Source: Anaerolineae bacterium (GTDB taxonomy: Bacteria; Chloroflexota; Anaerolineae; Epilineales; Epilineaceae). From it: DNA of 64,000 nucleotides. Positions within the stretch are counted from its first letter, which is position 1; the number at the start of each line of letters is the position of its first letter. The stretch lies in NCBI GenBank assembly GCA_034432155.1, contig DAOUCP010000098.1:583-64582 (forward strand), written 5' to 3'. Both the position numbers and the translations under genes were made by a program. The notes beneath the pieces are model-generated. The model was not told the DNA's origin. It saw nothing but the letters and a program-made list of their open reading frames with translations, and searched no databases. Below are positions 46,087 through 55,574 of this stretch, piece by piece.

Positions 46087-46165
46087 AACGTGGACAACCG
46101 GAGGGAGCCGACGTTGCCGGGATCCCGCGGCTCAGCGGAGGGCCGTCCAGCCACGGAGAAGCGGT
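46087..46165 (+). repeat. ~80-nt element (aacgtggacaaccggagggagcc...ccagccacggaga) with an inverted copy at 57068-57148
   Basis: About 88% identity over the 52-nt core. It lies upstream of ndh here. The other copy sits in opposite orientation ahead of a minus-strand ORF. Confidence 0.45.
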
Positions 46166-46253
46166 GGTCCAGGGAGCAGCTGGGGGCTGGGGCCACCAAT
46201 CCGGCGGGCCAAGCGCTGTCGAACGAGCCGCGGGCGGGCCCAAAGGAGCCAGC

Positions 46254-47510
46254 ATGAGCGGAAGTCAGCGACCGCGAGTGGTGATCGTCGGCGCCGGGTT
46301 TGCCGGCCTGCGTGCAGCTCGCACCCTGATGGCGGCACCGGTCGACGTCCTGGTGCTGGATCGCAACAACTACCACACCTTCCTGCCGTTGCTTTACCAG
46401 GTGGCGGCGGCCGAACTGGAGCCGGAAGGGATTGTCTACCCGGTCCGAGGCATTCTGCGGCGGTGCTCCAACGTCAGCTTCGGCATGGCCGATGTCCGGG
46501 CCATCGATCTGGCGGCCCATGTCCTCGATACCGGCCAGCGATTCGTGGGCTACGACTTCCTGGTCGTAGCGATGGGGAGCACGTCCCACTTCTGCGGCGT
46601 AGCCGGGGCAGGGGAGCACGCCTTCCCCCTAAAGACCCTGGAGGACGGCATTGCGCTACGCAACCACATCCTCTGCTGCTTCGAGCGAGCGGTCGACGAG
46701 CCCGACGCCAGCCGTCGCCGTTCGCTACTGACCTTCGCCGTTGTTGGCGGCGGCGCCACGGGCGTCGAGTTCGCGGGCGCCTTGGCCGAGCTGATTCGTG
46801 GCCCTATCGTGCACGACTACCCGACCCTCAATCTAGATGAGGCACGCATCGTCCTAGTGGAATCCTCCGAGCATCTTCTGGCCGGTCTACCGATGCGGCT
46901 GGGCGACTACGCGGCGGCACGGCTGCGCGGCATGGGTGTCGAAGTCCGCCTCCGCTGCGCCGCCAGCGAGGTCACGCCCACGGCCCTGAGCTTACAGGAT
47001 GGCAGCCTGCTGGCCACCCATACCGTGGTGTGGATGGCCGGCGTGCAAGGCGACCCTCGGGTCAGTGCTTGGGGATTGCCGACCATCCGAAACGGCCGGG
47101 TGGCAGTCCAGCCCACTCTGCAGGTGCCGGATCATCCTGAAGTCTACGTCGTGGGAGATCTCGCCTACGCCGAAGAAGCCGGCGCACCACTGCCGATGAT
47201 TGCGCCAGTAGCCCTCCAGCAGGGAGCCCTGGCAGCCCGAAACATCGCCCGGCAGCTCAGCGGCCAACCTCTCCTACCGTTTCGCTACCGCGACCGGGGT
47301 GCCATGGTGACCATCGGGCGCAATGCCGCTGCTGTGCGCATGGGCGGGAGGGCCTTCACAGGCTTTCCGGCGTGGGCTCTGTGGCTCGGCGTGCACATCT
47401 TCCATCTCATCGGCTTTCGCAACCGACTGTTGGTGTTGACTAACTGGGCTTGGGATTACTTCGTCCACGAGCGGGCCGTCCGCCTGATTCTCCCGTCGAA
47501 GGGCGGCTAG
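46254..47510 (+). CDS. ndh: Type II NADH:quinone oxidoreductase (NDH-2)
   Basis: Two GxGxxG dinucleotide-binding motifs ([17 protein letters not shown]) and NDH-2 family length. Confidence 0.88.
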   Translation: MSGSQRPRVVIVGAGFAGLRAARTLMAAPVDVLVLDRNNYHTFLPLLYQVAAAELEPEGIVYPVRGILRRCSNVSFGMADVRAIDLAAHVLDTGQRFVGYDFLVVAMGSTSHFCGVAGAGEHAFPLKTLEDGIALRNHILCCFERAVDEPDASRRRSLLTFAVVGGGATGVEFAGALAELIRGPIVHDYPTLNLDEARIVLVESSEHLLAGLPMRLGDYAAARLRGMGVEVRLRCAASEVTPTALSLQDGSLLATHTVVWMAGVQGDPRVSAWGLPTIRNGRVAVQPTLQVPDHPEVYVVGDLAYAEEAGAPLPMIAPVALQQGALAARNIARQLSGQPLLPFRYRDRGAMVTIGRNAAAVRMGGRAFTGFPAWALWLGVHIFHLIGFRNRLLVLTNWAWDYFVHERAVRLILPSKGG

Positions 47511-47770
47511 CTGCGGCGAAGGACCGCCTGGGCGCGCTGGCTGGCCGTTCTACGGCCTCGGCGGGAGGCAGCCAGTTGACCTGGCTGATGGGCGGGGGTA
47601 TGATGTTTGCCGCAGGGTTGGTCCGGCGACGGCGCGGCGCACCGCCACCACGGGAGGCCGAGGCACGGCAGGGCGTTGGACACGAGAGCACGGAGCCGGT
47701 GGATCCGCAGCGGTGAGCTAACCTTAGGGCCGAACTATCGGGTCATCCCCAATCGCCGTGCCGCCCAGCC

Positions 47771-49021
47771 ATGGACGCTAGAGCCCGAATCCTGGTGATC
47801 GACGACGACCAGGATATGTGTGCCGCCTGCCAGCGCATTTTGAGCCGGCAGGGGCTCCTTGTCGACACCGCCACCCGGGGCGAGGAGGGGCTGCGCCGCA
47901 TCGAGTCCGACGGCTACGACGTAGTCCTTCTGGACGTCATGATGCCAGACGCCAACGGCATCGATCTCTTGGCGCCGATCCGAGCCCGCGACCCCCACCT
48001 TGTCTGCGTCGTCGTCACCTGCTTGGCGACGACCGATGTCGCGGTACGCGCGATCAAGGAAGGGGCCTACGACTTCATTACCAAGCCGTTCACGCCAGAC
48101 GATCTGCTGCTCGTCGTTCGGCAGGCGCTGGAGCGGCGGCACCTGGCGAAGGAGGCCGAACGGCTGGCGCGGATCGAGGAGGAGGCCAAGCGCCTGGCTG
48201 AGGAGAAGGCCAGGCTGGAGGCTGTGGACCACACCCGCATCGAGTGCATCCGGCTCATCACCCATGAGCTGCGAGCGCCCATTGCCGCCATCCAGAGCTA
48301 CCTGAACCTCATCCTGGAGGGCATCGTGCCGCAAGAGCAGCTCATGACGGTGATTGCCAAGGCCGAGTTACGCGCTCGGCAGCAGCTTGAGCTGATTGCT
48401 GACCTCCTGGAATGGAGCCGCGTCAAAGAGGCGCCGATGCCCAAGGAGGCCGGCTTGTCGCGGCTGGACACGGCGCTCGAGGATGTAGTGGAGCAGTTTG
48501 AGGCCCAGGCGGCGGAGAAGCACTTGCAGCTCGGGGTCGAAGTCTCCGGCGACATCCCACCAGTGAGGGCCGGGCCCGAGGCCCTCAAAAGCGTCTGGAC
48601 GAATCTGGTCGGCAACGCCATCAAGTACACCCCCGATGGCGGCTCGGTGCAGATTCGTCTGGCCTGCCACGATGGCCACGTCGTGGGCCAGGTCAGCGAT
48701 TCGGGCATCGGCATTCCGGAAGAAGCCCGTCCCAGGCTCTTTACCGAGTTCTTCCGCGCCAAGAACGCCAAAGCATTCTGCAAGCAGGGCACGGGGCTCG
48801 GGCTGGCCATCGTCCGGCAGATCATCGAAGGTGCAGGGGGTCGCATCGAGGTCGACTCCGAGGTCGGTCGCGGTACGGTAGTCACCTTCACTCTGCCGTT
48901 GGCCGACGCCGAACCGTTGGCCGAGCGGCCGGCCGATGGCTGTCCCAAGTGTTTTGCCTTAGGGCGTGCGGTGGCTAGGGCGCAACGGCGTGCCGGCCGC
49001 GCCGATCCGGCTCGGAGGTGA
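47771..49021 (+). CDS. Hybrid response regulator receiver / histidine kinase (REC-HisKA-HATPase)
   Basis: REC domain (VIDDD...DVVLLDVMMPD...ITKPF), H-box (ITHELRAPI), and N and G boxes (GNAIKYT, GTGLGLAIV). There is no sensor domain. It overlaps the hdrC2 start. Confidence 0.85.
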   Translation: MDARARILVIDDDQDMCAACQRILSRQGLLVDTATRGEEGLRRIESDGYDVVLLDVMMPDANGIDLLAPIRARDPHLVCVVVTCLATTDVAVRAIKEGAYDFITKPFTPDDLLLVVRQALERRHLAKEAERLARIEEEAKRLAEEKARLEAVDHTRIECIRLITHELRAPIAAIQSYLNLILEGIVPQEQLMTVIAKAELRARQQLELIADLLEWSRVKEAPMPKEAGLSRLDTALEDVVEQFEAQAAEKHLQLGVEVSGDIPPVRAGPEALKSVWTNLVGNAIKYTPDGGSVQIRLACHDGHVVGQVSDSGIGIPEEARPRLFTEFFRAKNAKAFCKQGTGLGLAIVRQIIEGAGGRIEVDSEVGRGTVVTFTLPLADAEPLAERPADGCPKCFALGRAVARAQRRAGRADPARR

Positions 49022-49024
49022 GTC

Positions 49025-49612
49025 TTGCTGGTATTCCAGGCTGAGGAACGGGTCGCTGGCAACCTTCTGCTGAGGGAGGTTTCGTCGCTCAGCGGCGTTC
49101 GGGTCCAGGACTGCTACCAATGCGGCAAGTGCACGGCTGGCTGTCCGGTGGCCACCTACATGGACTTGACACCTCGGCAGGTCATGCGCGCCGTGCAGCT
49201 GGGCCGTGCCGAGTTGGTGCTCACCTCGTCGGCTATCTGGTTGTGTGCCAGTTGCCAGACGTGCTCTGCCCGGTGCCCCATGGAGATCGACGTGGCCCAT
49301 GTCATGGACACTCTACGCCACCTCGCTCGGCAGCGCGGCGTGCCGCCCGCCGAGCGAGGCGTGGTGCTGACCCACCGCTTGTTTCTGCAGTCGGTCCAGT
49401 ACCTGGGGAGGGTGCACGAGCTCGGGCTGGTGGCCGGTCTGAATCTGCTGACCGGTCGGCCGCTGGCCAACGTGAGGAGCCTTGGTGTGCCTCTGTTCCT
49501 CCGGGGCAAGCTGCATCTCTTGCCCCGACGAGCCGGCGGCGCAGCTATGCGCCGTCTCTTCGCCAGCGCTCGGGCCGCTGAATCGGCTGCTCGAACGCAG
49601 CCTACGGCTTAG
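49025..49612 (+). CDS. hdrC: Heterodisulfide reductase subunit C-like (second copy)
   Basis: CYQCGKCTAGCP and CASCQTCSARCP motifs. TTG start. Confidence 0.72.
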   Translation: MLVFQAEERVAGNLLLREVSSLSGVRVQDCYQCGKCTAGCPVATYMDLTPRQVMRAVQLGRAELVLTSSAIWLCASCQTCSARCPMEIDVAHVMDTLRHLARQRGVPPAERGVVLTHRLFLQSVQYLGRVHELGLVAGLNLLTGRPLANVRSLGVPLFLRGKLHLLPRRAGGAAMRRLFASARAAESAARTQPTA

Positions 49613-49651
49613 CCGAGTGGCCCCGTCTTGCGGCCTAGGGAGCTCTGGTCC

Positions 49652-50569
49652 ATGCCCAACCTAAGCTACTATCCCGGCTGCTCGCTGCACGGCACGGCTC
49701 AGGAGTATGACCGGTCGCTTCGGCGTGTCGCCGGGCGCCTGGGCGTCGAGCTCACGGAAATCGCGGGCTGGACGTGCTGCGGCGCGACGGCCGCGCACAG
49801 CACCGACGAGCTGCTGGCCATCGCTCTGCCGGCCCGTAACCTGGCGTTGGCAGCGGCTTCGGACAGCGCTCGGCCCGTGCTGGCACCGTGTGCCATGTGC
49901 TTCAACCGCCTGCGGGTGGCCCAACAGGCGCTGTGCGACGAGGAAACGCGGCAAGAGGTCGGCCGGATGCTGGACGAACCCTTGCGCGAGCACCTGGAGG
50001 CTGTCGGCCGCCTAGAGGTGCCATCCGTGCTCGAGGTGTTCGCTGAGCCGGAGATGGCCGAGCGCATCGAGGCGGCAGTGGTTCGGCCGCTGCGTGGCCT
50101 GCGGCTGGTGTGCTACTACGGCTGCCTGCTCGTTCGTCCGCGCGAGATTGTGAGGCCGGACAGCGTCGAGAACCCCCAGCGGATGGACGAGCTGGTGCGC
50201 CGCCTGGGTGCCGAGGCCATCGACTGGCCGTTCAAGGGGGAGTGCTGTGGGGGCAGTCTGGCGCTGGCGCGTTCGGACATCGTGGTTGGCCTGGTGCGAC
50301 GCCTGCTGCAAGTGGCGAAAGCTAGCGGCGCCGACGCCGTCGTGACCGCCTGCCCGATGTGCCATTCGAACCTGGACACTCGCCAGGGGCAAGTGCGGGC
50401 GGCCTTCGGCGAGGCGCTGAACATGCCCATTCTCTACATCACTGAGCTGATGGGGTTGGCTTTCGGTCTGTCACCCGAGGAGCTAGGGCTGGACAGGCAC
50501 CTCACACGGGCAACCGACGTTCTTGCGGGCTTGCCAGCCGTTGCCGGGGAGGCCAACTCGATCGTCTGA
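49652..50569 (+). CDS. hdrB: Heterodisulfide reductase subunit B-like (second copy)
   Basis: Begins MPNLSYYPGCSL and carries CCG-domain motifs (WTCCGAT, CAMC, ECCGGS, CPMC). Confidence 0.85.
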   Translation: MPNLSYYPGCSLHGTAQEYDRSLRRVAGRLGVELTEIAGWTCCGATAAHSTDELLAIALPARNLALAAASDSARPVLAPCAMCFNRLRVAQQALCDEETRQEVGRMLDEPLREHLEAVGRLEVPSVLEVFAEPEMAERIEAAVVRPLRGLRLVCYYGCLLVRPREIVRPDSVENPQRMDELVRRLGAEAIDWPFKGECCGGSLALARSDIVVGLVRRLLQVAKASGADAVVTACPMCHSNLDTRQGQVRAAFGEALNMPILYITELMGLAFGLSPEELGLDRHLTRATDVLAGLPAVAGEANSIV

Positions 50570-50589
50570 CCGTGAGGCACGGAGCATCC

Positions 50590-52587
50590 ATGGCGCGCAT
50601 CGGGGTCTTTGTCTGTCACTGCGGATCGAACATCGCCGGCACCGTCGACGTGAAGCGGGTTGCCGAAGCCTTAGGTTATCTCCCGGAGGTCGTGTACGCC
50701 ACTGACTACATGTTCATGTGCTCCGAGCCGGGCCAGAAGCTTGTGGAGGACGCCGTCCGCGACCATGGGCTGGATCGCGTGGTGGTGGCGGCCTGCTCAC
50801 CGACGATGCACTTCCGGACGTTCTCGGCGGCCGTCGGGCGGGCGGGTCTGAATGCGTACATGTTGGAGCTGGCCAACATTCGTGAGCAGTGCTCCTGGGT
50901 GCACACGGACAAGGCGGTGGGTACCGAGAAGGCCGTCGACATCGTCGAGATGGCGGTGGCCAAGAGCCGCTGGTTCGAGCCGCTGTTTCCGCGCGAGATC
51001 GGCGTCACCCGACGGGCGCTGGTGATCGGCGGCGGCATCGCCGGGATCCAAGCGGCGCTGGACATCGCCGAGGGCGGCGTGGAGGTCGTCCTCGTGGAGC
51101 GCAGTCCTTCGATCGGTGGCCGCATGGCCCAGCTGGACAAGACCTTTCCGACGCTCGATTGCTCCGGCTGCATCCTCACGCCGCGCATGACCGAGGCAGC
51201 CCAGCACCCGCGGATCAGCATCCACACCTGGTCCGAAGTCCAGGCCGTGCGAGGCTTCGTCGGCAACTTCGAGGTCGACGTTCTCCACAAGCCACGGTAC
51301 GTGGATGCCGCGCGCTGTACCGGCTGCGGGGAATGCCTGACCCGCTGTCCGTGGAAGGACTTCCCAGCCGAGTTTGACGAAGGCATGGGCAGGCGAGCCG
51401 CCATCTACCGTCCCTTCCCACAGGCTGTGCCGAACGTACCGGTCATCGACGAGCAGCGGTGCGTCGCCTTGCGCTCGTTGCGCGAGGAGCCAGACCGCGC
51501 CAGGCCGAAGTGCGGCGCCTGCCAGAAGTTCTGTCCGCGTGAGGCCATCGATTTCCGTCAGCAGCCCAGCGTGGCCACCGAGAAGGTCGGCGCCATCGTC
51601 CTGGCCAACGGCTATAGCCTCTTCGACCCGACCGTCTACGAGGAGTACGGATACGGCCGCTACCCCGATGTCATCACCGCAGTGCAAATGGAGCGGCTGA
51701 TGAACGCCGCTGGCCCCACGGGCGGCGAGATCCGACGGCCGTCGGACGGCAAGCATCCTCGCAATGTCGTCTTCCTAGCCTGTGTCGGCTCGCGCGACGA
51801 CCGCGTCGGGCGGCCGTACTGCTCAAAGATCTGCTGCATGTATATTGCCAAGCACGCCATCATGCTGAAGGAGCACGACCCCAATATCCAGACGTACGTC
51901 TTCTACATGGATGTGCGTGCCGGCGGAAAGGGCTACGAGGAGTTCATCCGACGCGCCCAGGAAGAGTATGGCGCCTGCTACGTGCGGGGACGGGTCTCGA
52001 AGATCTACCCCGAAGGCGACCATCTGGTGGTGATGGGCGAGGACACCCTCATGGGCATGCCGGTGCAGGTCGAGGCGGACCTGGTGGTGCTCGCCACCGG
52101 CGTCCAGCCGCAGCCCGATGCCGACCGCATGGCTCGCCTGCTGGGGATTTCCTATGACATGTACGGCTTCATCAACGAATCGCACCCCAAGCTCAATCCG
52201 GTGGAGAGCAACACGGCGGGCATCTTCCTGGCTGGTGCGACCGTCGGGCCGAAGGACATCCCGGACAGTGTAGCGCAGGCCAGCGCCGCTGCCGCCAAGG
52301 TGCTGGGTCTGCTCAGTCGGTCCACCCTGCTCGGGGAAGCCACCGTGGCAGCGGTCAACCAGGCCAATTGTTCGGGCTGCTTCACCTGTGAGGCGGTCTG
52401 CCCGTATTCGGCGATCGAGCGGGTGGAGCGGCGGAATGGCCGCCTGGCGGCCCAGGTGAACGAAGGGCTGTGCAAGGGCTGTGGTCTGTGCGCCAGCGCC
52501 TGCCCGGGGCGGGCGATTACCCTCCGCGGCTTCAGCGATCAGGCGCTTCTGGCGCAGATGGCCGCTCTGCTGCTGGCCGAAGGGTGA
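50590..52587 (+). CDS. hdrA: Heterodisulfide reductase subunit A-like (second copy)
   Basis: Begins MARIGVFVCHCGSNIAG. Has the FAD motif GGGIAG and ferredoxin motifs. About 55% identical to the 9397-11352 copy by eye. Confidence 0.9.
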   Translation: MARIGVFVCHCGSNIAGTVDVKRVAEALGYLPEVVYATDYMFMCSEPGQKLVEDAVRDHGLDRVVVAACSPTMHFRTFSAAVGRAGLNAYMLELANIREQCSWVHTDKAVGTEKAVDIVEMAVAKSRWFEPLFPREIGVTRRALVIGGGIAGIQAALDIAEGGVEVVLVERSPSIGGRMAQLDKTFPTLDCSGCILTPRMTEAAQHPRISIHTWSEVQAVRGFVGNFEVDVLHKPRYVDAARCTGCGECLTRCPWKDFPAEFDEGMGRRAAIYRPFPQAVPNVPVIDEQRCVALRSLREEPDRARPKCGACQKFCPREAIDFRQQPSVATEKVGAIVLANGYSLFDPTVYEEYGYGRYPDVITAVQMERLMNAAGPTGGEIRRPSDGKHPRNVVFLACVGSRDDRVGRPYCSKICCMYIAKHAIMLKEHDPNIQTYVFYMDVRAGGKGYEEFIRRAQEEYGACYVRGRVSKIYPEGDHLVVMGEDTLMGMPVQVEADLVVLATGVQPQPDADRMARLLGISYDMYGFINESHPKLNPVESNTAGIFLAGATVGPKDIPDSVAQASAAAAKVLGLLSRSTLLGEATVAAVNQANCSGCFTCEAVCPYSAIERVERRNGRLAAQVNEGLCKGCGLCASACPGRAITLRGFSDQALLAQMAALLLAEG

Positions 52588-52711
52588 GCCATCATGGTCG
52601 ACGGCCAAGGCTGGCATCGGCTCGTCATGGGCGATGAAACCCTCCTGCGGCGGTGGGCGTTGCGGGCTCTGTGCTGCCGGATGGTCGACATAGTGTCGGA
52701 CGAGGAACGAA

Positions 52712-53164
52712 ATGCCTGAGGACTTCGAGCCGCGCATCGTCGGCTTTCTGTGCAATTGGTGCAGCTACGCCGGTGCCAACCTGGCCGGGACAAGCCGGAT
52801 CCCTTACGCCGCCAACGTGCGGATTATCCGTGTGCCATGCAGTGGTAGGGTCGATCCGCTCTTCGTAGTCAAGGCCTTTCAGGAGGGCGCCGACGGCGTG
52901 CTGGTCCTGGGCTGCCATCCGGGCGACTGCCACTACCGGGACGGCAATTACTATGCCCGCCGGCGCTACCATGTCATGCATCGCTTCTTGGACTTCTTGG
53001 GCATCGATGCTCGGCGGCTGCGGGTTGACTGGGTATCCGCGGCGGAGGGCCAACGTTTCGCCGACGTGGTCAATCGCTTCACCGATCAGGTCCGGGCGCT
53101 GGGGCCGATCGCAGTCCGGCCATCGAGCGAGGTGCCGACATCGACCGACGTGCCGACGCGGTGA
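52712..53164 (+). CDS. mvhD: MvhD/FlxD-like subunit (second copy)
   Basis: Begins MPEDFEPRIVGFLCNWCS...GCHPGDCHY. Confidence 0.85.
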   Translation: MPEDFEPRIVGFLCNWCSYAGANLAGTSRIPYAANVRIIRVPCSGRVDPLFVVKAFQEGADGVLVLGCHPGDCHYRDGNYYARRRYHVMHRFLDFLGIDARRLRVDWVSAAEGQRFADVVNRFTDQVRALGPIAVRPSSEVPTSTDVPTR

Positions 53165-53228
53165 CCCGGACGAGCTGGCCACGACGTAAGCCCTTGGGCT
53201 CTGGCGGCGGCATGGGGGAGGCGCCACA

Positions 53229-54110
53229 ATGATCGACGAGCTGCGCACCAGGGCGCGCCAAATCCTGGAAGACAACCTCGTAGAAGTGGTGATCGGCTAC
53301 GAGTCGGGTCCCCGCGGGGCGGTCCGACCGGCATTCATCACCTCGCCGGACGAGGCGGACCGCCTGGTGTGGAACGAAGCATGCACCCACAACCTGGTGA
53401 GGTACCTGCGTGACCAGACGGCGCCGGTCACGGCAGGCGGCTCGCGGCGCCGCATCGGGATTGTCCTCAAGCCTTGTGACGCCCGGTCCCTGAACGTGCT
53501 TTTGGGCGAGAATCAGATTCGGCGGGAGGACCTGTACCTGATCGGCGTGGTCTGCCGCGGGGTGCGCGAGAACGCCGGCTTTGCCCATCGCGAGTTGGGC
53601 GATCTGCAATCTCGCTGCCGGGCTTGCGATGAGCGCGCACCGTTGATTTACGACGTGCTGGTCGGCGAGGAAGCGACCGGCGACCGGGCGACGGTGTCGC
53701 CGCTGTGGCAGGAACTGGAGCGCCTGGAAGCCATGACGGCCGTGGAGCGGGAGGCCTACTGGGACCGTGAGTTTGCGCGCTGCCTGCGGTGTTATGCCTG
53801 CCGCCAGGCATGCCCGGCATGCTATTGCGTGGAGTGCATGGCCGAGCAGCTGGAGCCGCAGTGGGTGGGCATTGCCATCCGGACTGCCGAGAACCGCTTC
53901 TTCCACACCATGCGCGCGTATCACCTGGCCGGGCGATGCGTGGGCTGCGATGAGTGCGCCCGCGTGTGCCCGGTCGGGATCCGACTGGATTTGCTCAATG
54001 CCTGGTTGCGCCGCGAGATGGAGCGGTCGTTCGGCGCGCGGGCCGGGAGCGAGGACACTGCCGTTTCGCCGCTGGCCAGCTTTGTAGCCAGCGAGAACCT
54101 GGAGCTGTGA
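53229..54110 (+). CDS. HydB/AsrA-like FeS subunit (FlxC-like, second copy)
   Basis: CLRCYACRQACPACYC and CVGCDECARVCP motifs. Collinear with the 11768-12970 gene. Confidence 0.75.
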   Translation: MIDELRTRARQILEDNLVEVVIGYESGPRGAVRPAFITSPDEADRLVWNEACTHNLVRYLRDQTAPVTAGGSRRRIGIVLKPCDARSLNVLLGENQIRREDLYLIGVVCRGVRENAGFAHRELGDLQSRCRACDERAPLIYDVLVGEEATGDRATVSPLWQELERLEAMTAVEREAYWDREFARCLRCYACRQACPACYCVECMAEQLEPQWVGIAIRTAENRFFHTMRAYHLAGRCVGCDECARVCPVGIRLDLLNAWLRREMERSFGARAGSEDTAVSPLASFVASENLEL

Positions 54111-54164
54111 CGGGAGAGGCGCCCGTTGCAGTTCGGGCGAGCCAGCGCGATAAAGGATGTGGTC

Positions 54165-55412
54165 ATGTACGTTATCAGCCATGAGCTGCTGTGCCAGTGG
54201 TTGACGGGCTTGCTGGCGGATTGGGAGCTGATCGCGCCGACGAAGGACGAGGCCGGCATGGCGCGCTACCAGCCGGTGGCTGGGGTAAATGACATCGATT
54301 TTGCCTTCGAGCGGACGGTGCTGTCACCCAAGCAGTTTTTCCTGCCGGCCACCGAGAAGTTGCTCACCATCGAGCGCACGTGCCAGCCGGCGAGTAAGTC
54401 GGTGGTCGAAGCGGCAACCCTTCCGGCAGCCGTGACGGCGGTCGCGGCCGCCGCAGCCGTCGCGTCGGCTGCTGATTGCCCCGTTCCGACAGCTGGCTCC
54501 TCGGCGTCTGCCGAGCCTGCTGCCAAGCCTGGCGGCGAGACCGCTGGCGAGGCCGGAGACCAGACCGCCGCAAAGACCGCGGGTCCGTTGCCGCCAGCGG
54601 TGAGCGTGCGGACCGGTATCGAGGTGACGCTCCGCGAGCCCGAATGGCAGCGCCAGCAGGTCCTCTTCGGCATCCGGCCGTGTGATGCCCGGGCGTTGCT
54701 CTCCCTCGACGCGCTCCTGCTGGCAGAGCCGGTCGACAGCTACTATGCGCGGCGCCGCGAGGCCACCGTGCTGATTGGGCTGGCCTGCGACCAGATGGCA
54801 CCGAGCTGCTTCTGCACCAGCCTGGGCTCTTCGCCCGATGACCCGACCGGGTTGGATATCCTGCTGTCCCGACAGGCCGACGGCTACGTCATGACCGTTT
54901 TGACCGACAAGGGTCGGGGCTTGACCGGCGGCCTGGAGCTGGAGCCCTACGAAGGACCAAGCCCGCAGCGGGAGTGGGCGGCACCGGAGTTCGCGGTCGC
55001 CCCCCATGCCGTGTGGACGGCACGATTCGAGGATTCCTTCTGGAACCGGCTAGCCGACCGTTGCTTGAGCTGCAGGCTATGCGCCTACGTTTGCCCGACC
55101 TGCCGCTGTTTCGACGTCCGCGACTACACCGTGGCACGCGGGCCGGGACGGGAGAAGATCGAGCGGCTACGATGCTGGGACTCGTGCCTCTCCGAAGGTT
55201 ACCGCTGCGCAGCAGGCGGTCACAACCCGCGACCGACCAAGGCCCAGCGTCTGCGCAATCGCTTCTATTGCAAGTTCGTGTACTATCCGGCGGATTTCGG
55301 TCCGCTGGCCTGTGTGGGCTGCGGCCGTTGCATCGACCTCTGTCCGACGAACATCGACATCACCGAGGTGCTTGCCGCCGTCCAGGCGGCGAGCGAGGCC
55401 CCGGAAAGCTAA
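54165..55412 (+). CDS. HydB/AsrA-like FeS subunit (FlxB-like, second copy) with an Ala-rich insertion
   Basis: CLSCRLCAYVCPTCRC and CVGCGRCIDLCP motifs. The ATG sits behind an AAGGA RBS. A ~70-aa A/P/T low-complexity linker is present. Confidence 0.75.
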   Translation: MYVISHELLCQWLTGLLADWELIAPTKDEAGMARYQPVAGVNDIDFAFERTVLSPKQFFLPATEKLLTIERTCQPASKSVVEAATLPAAVTAVAAAAAVASAADCPVPTAGSSASAEPAAKPGGETAGEAGDQTAAKTAGPLPPAVSVRTGIEVTLREPEWQRQQVLFGIRPCDARALLSLDALLLAEPVDSYYARRREATVLIGLACDQMAPSCFCTSLGSSPDDPTGLDILLSRQADGYVMTVLTDKGRGLTGGLELEPYEGPSPQREWAAPEFAVAPHAVWTARFEDSFWNRLADRCLSCRLCAYVCPTCRCFDVRDYTVARGPGREKIERLRCWDSCLSEGYRCAAGGHNPRPTKAQRLRNRFYCKFVYYPADFGPLACVGCGRCIDLCPTNIDITEVLAAVQAASEAPES

Positions 55413-55574
55413 GCGGCGGTTGTAGATGGCCAGGGGCTGGCGCATGGGCTGGGGTGGCGGCGAGCTTGCCGACGCGCAGGTTCCCGGTGGTAGGGGGCTG
55501 GCGCGTCCGGTGCGCTCGGGCCTGGTGGGTGCTCTCTCGCCGGCCTGGCGTTCGGTGTGGATGAGGAAGCGAGT

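Noticed and set aside
46057-46257. 66-aa ORF containing [17 protein letters not shown], and the matching tail of ORF 57100-57780
   Set aside because: Both are translations of the same ~80-nt nucleotide repeat in opposite orientations. They are a repeat artefact rather than a conserved peptide.
47450-47716. Small ORF with a hydrophobic stretch followed by RRRR (LTWLMGGGMMFAAGLVRRRRG) between ndh and the kinase gene
   Set aside because: It superficially resembles a C-terminal membrane-anchor tag but sits mid-ORF. It has no RBS or homolog support, so it is most likely intergenic.
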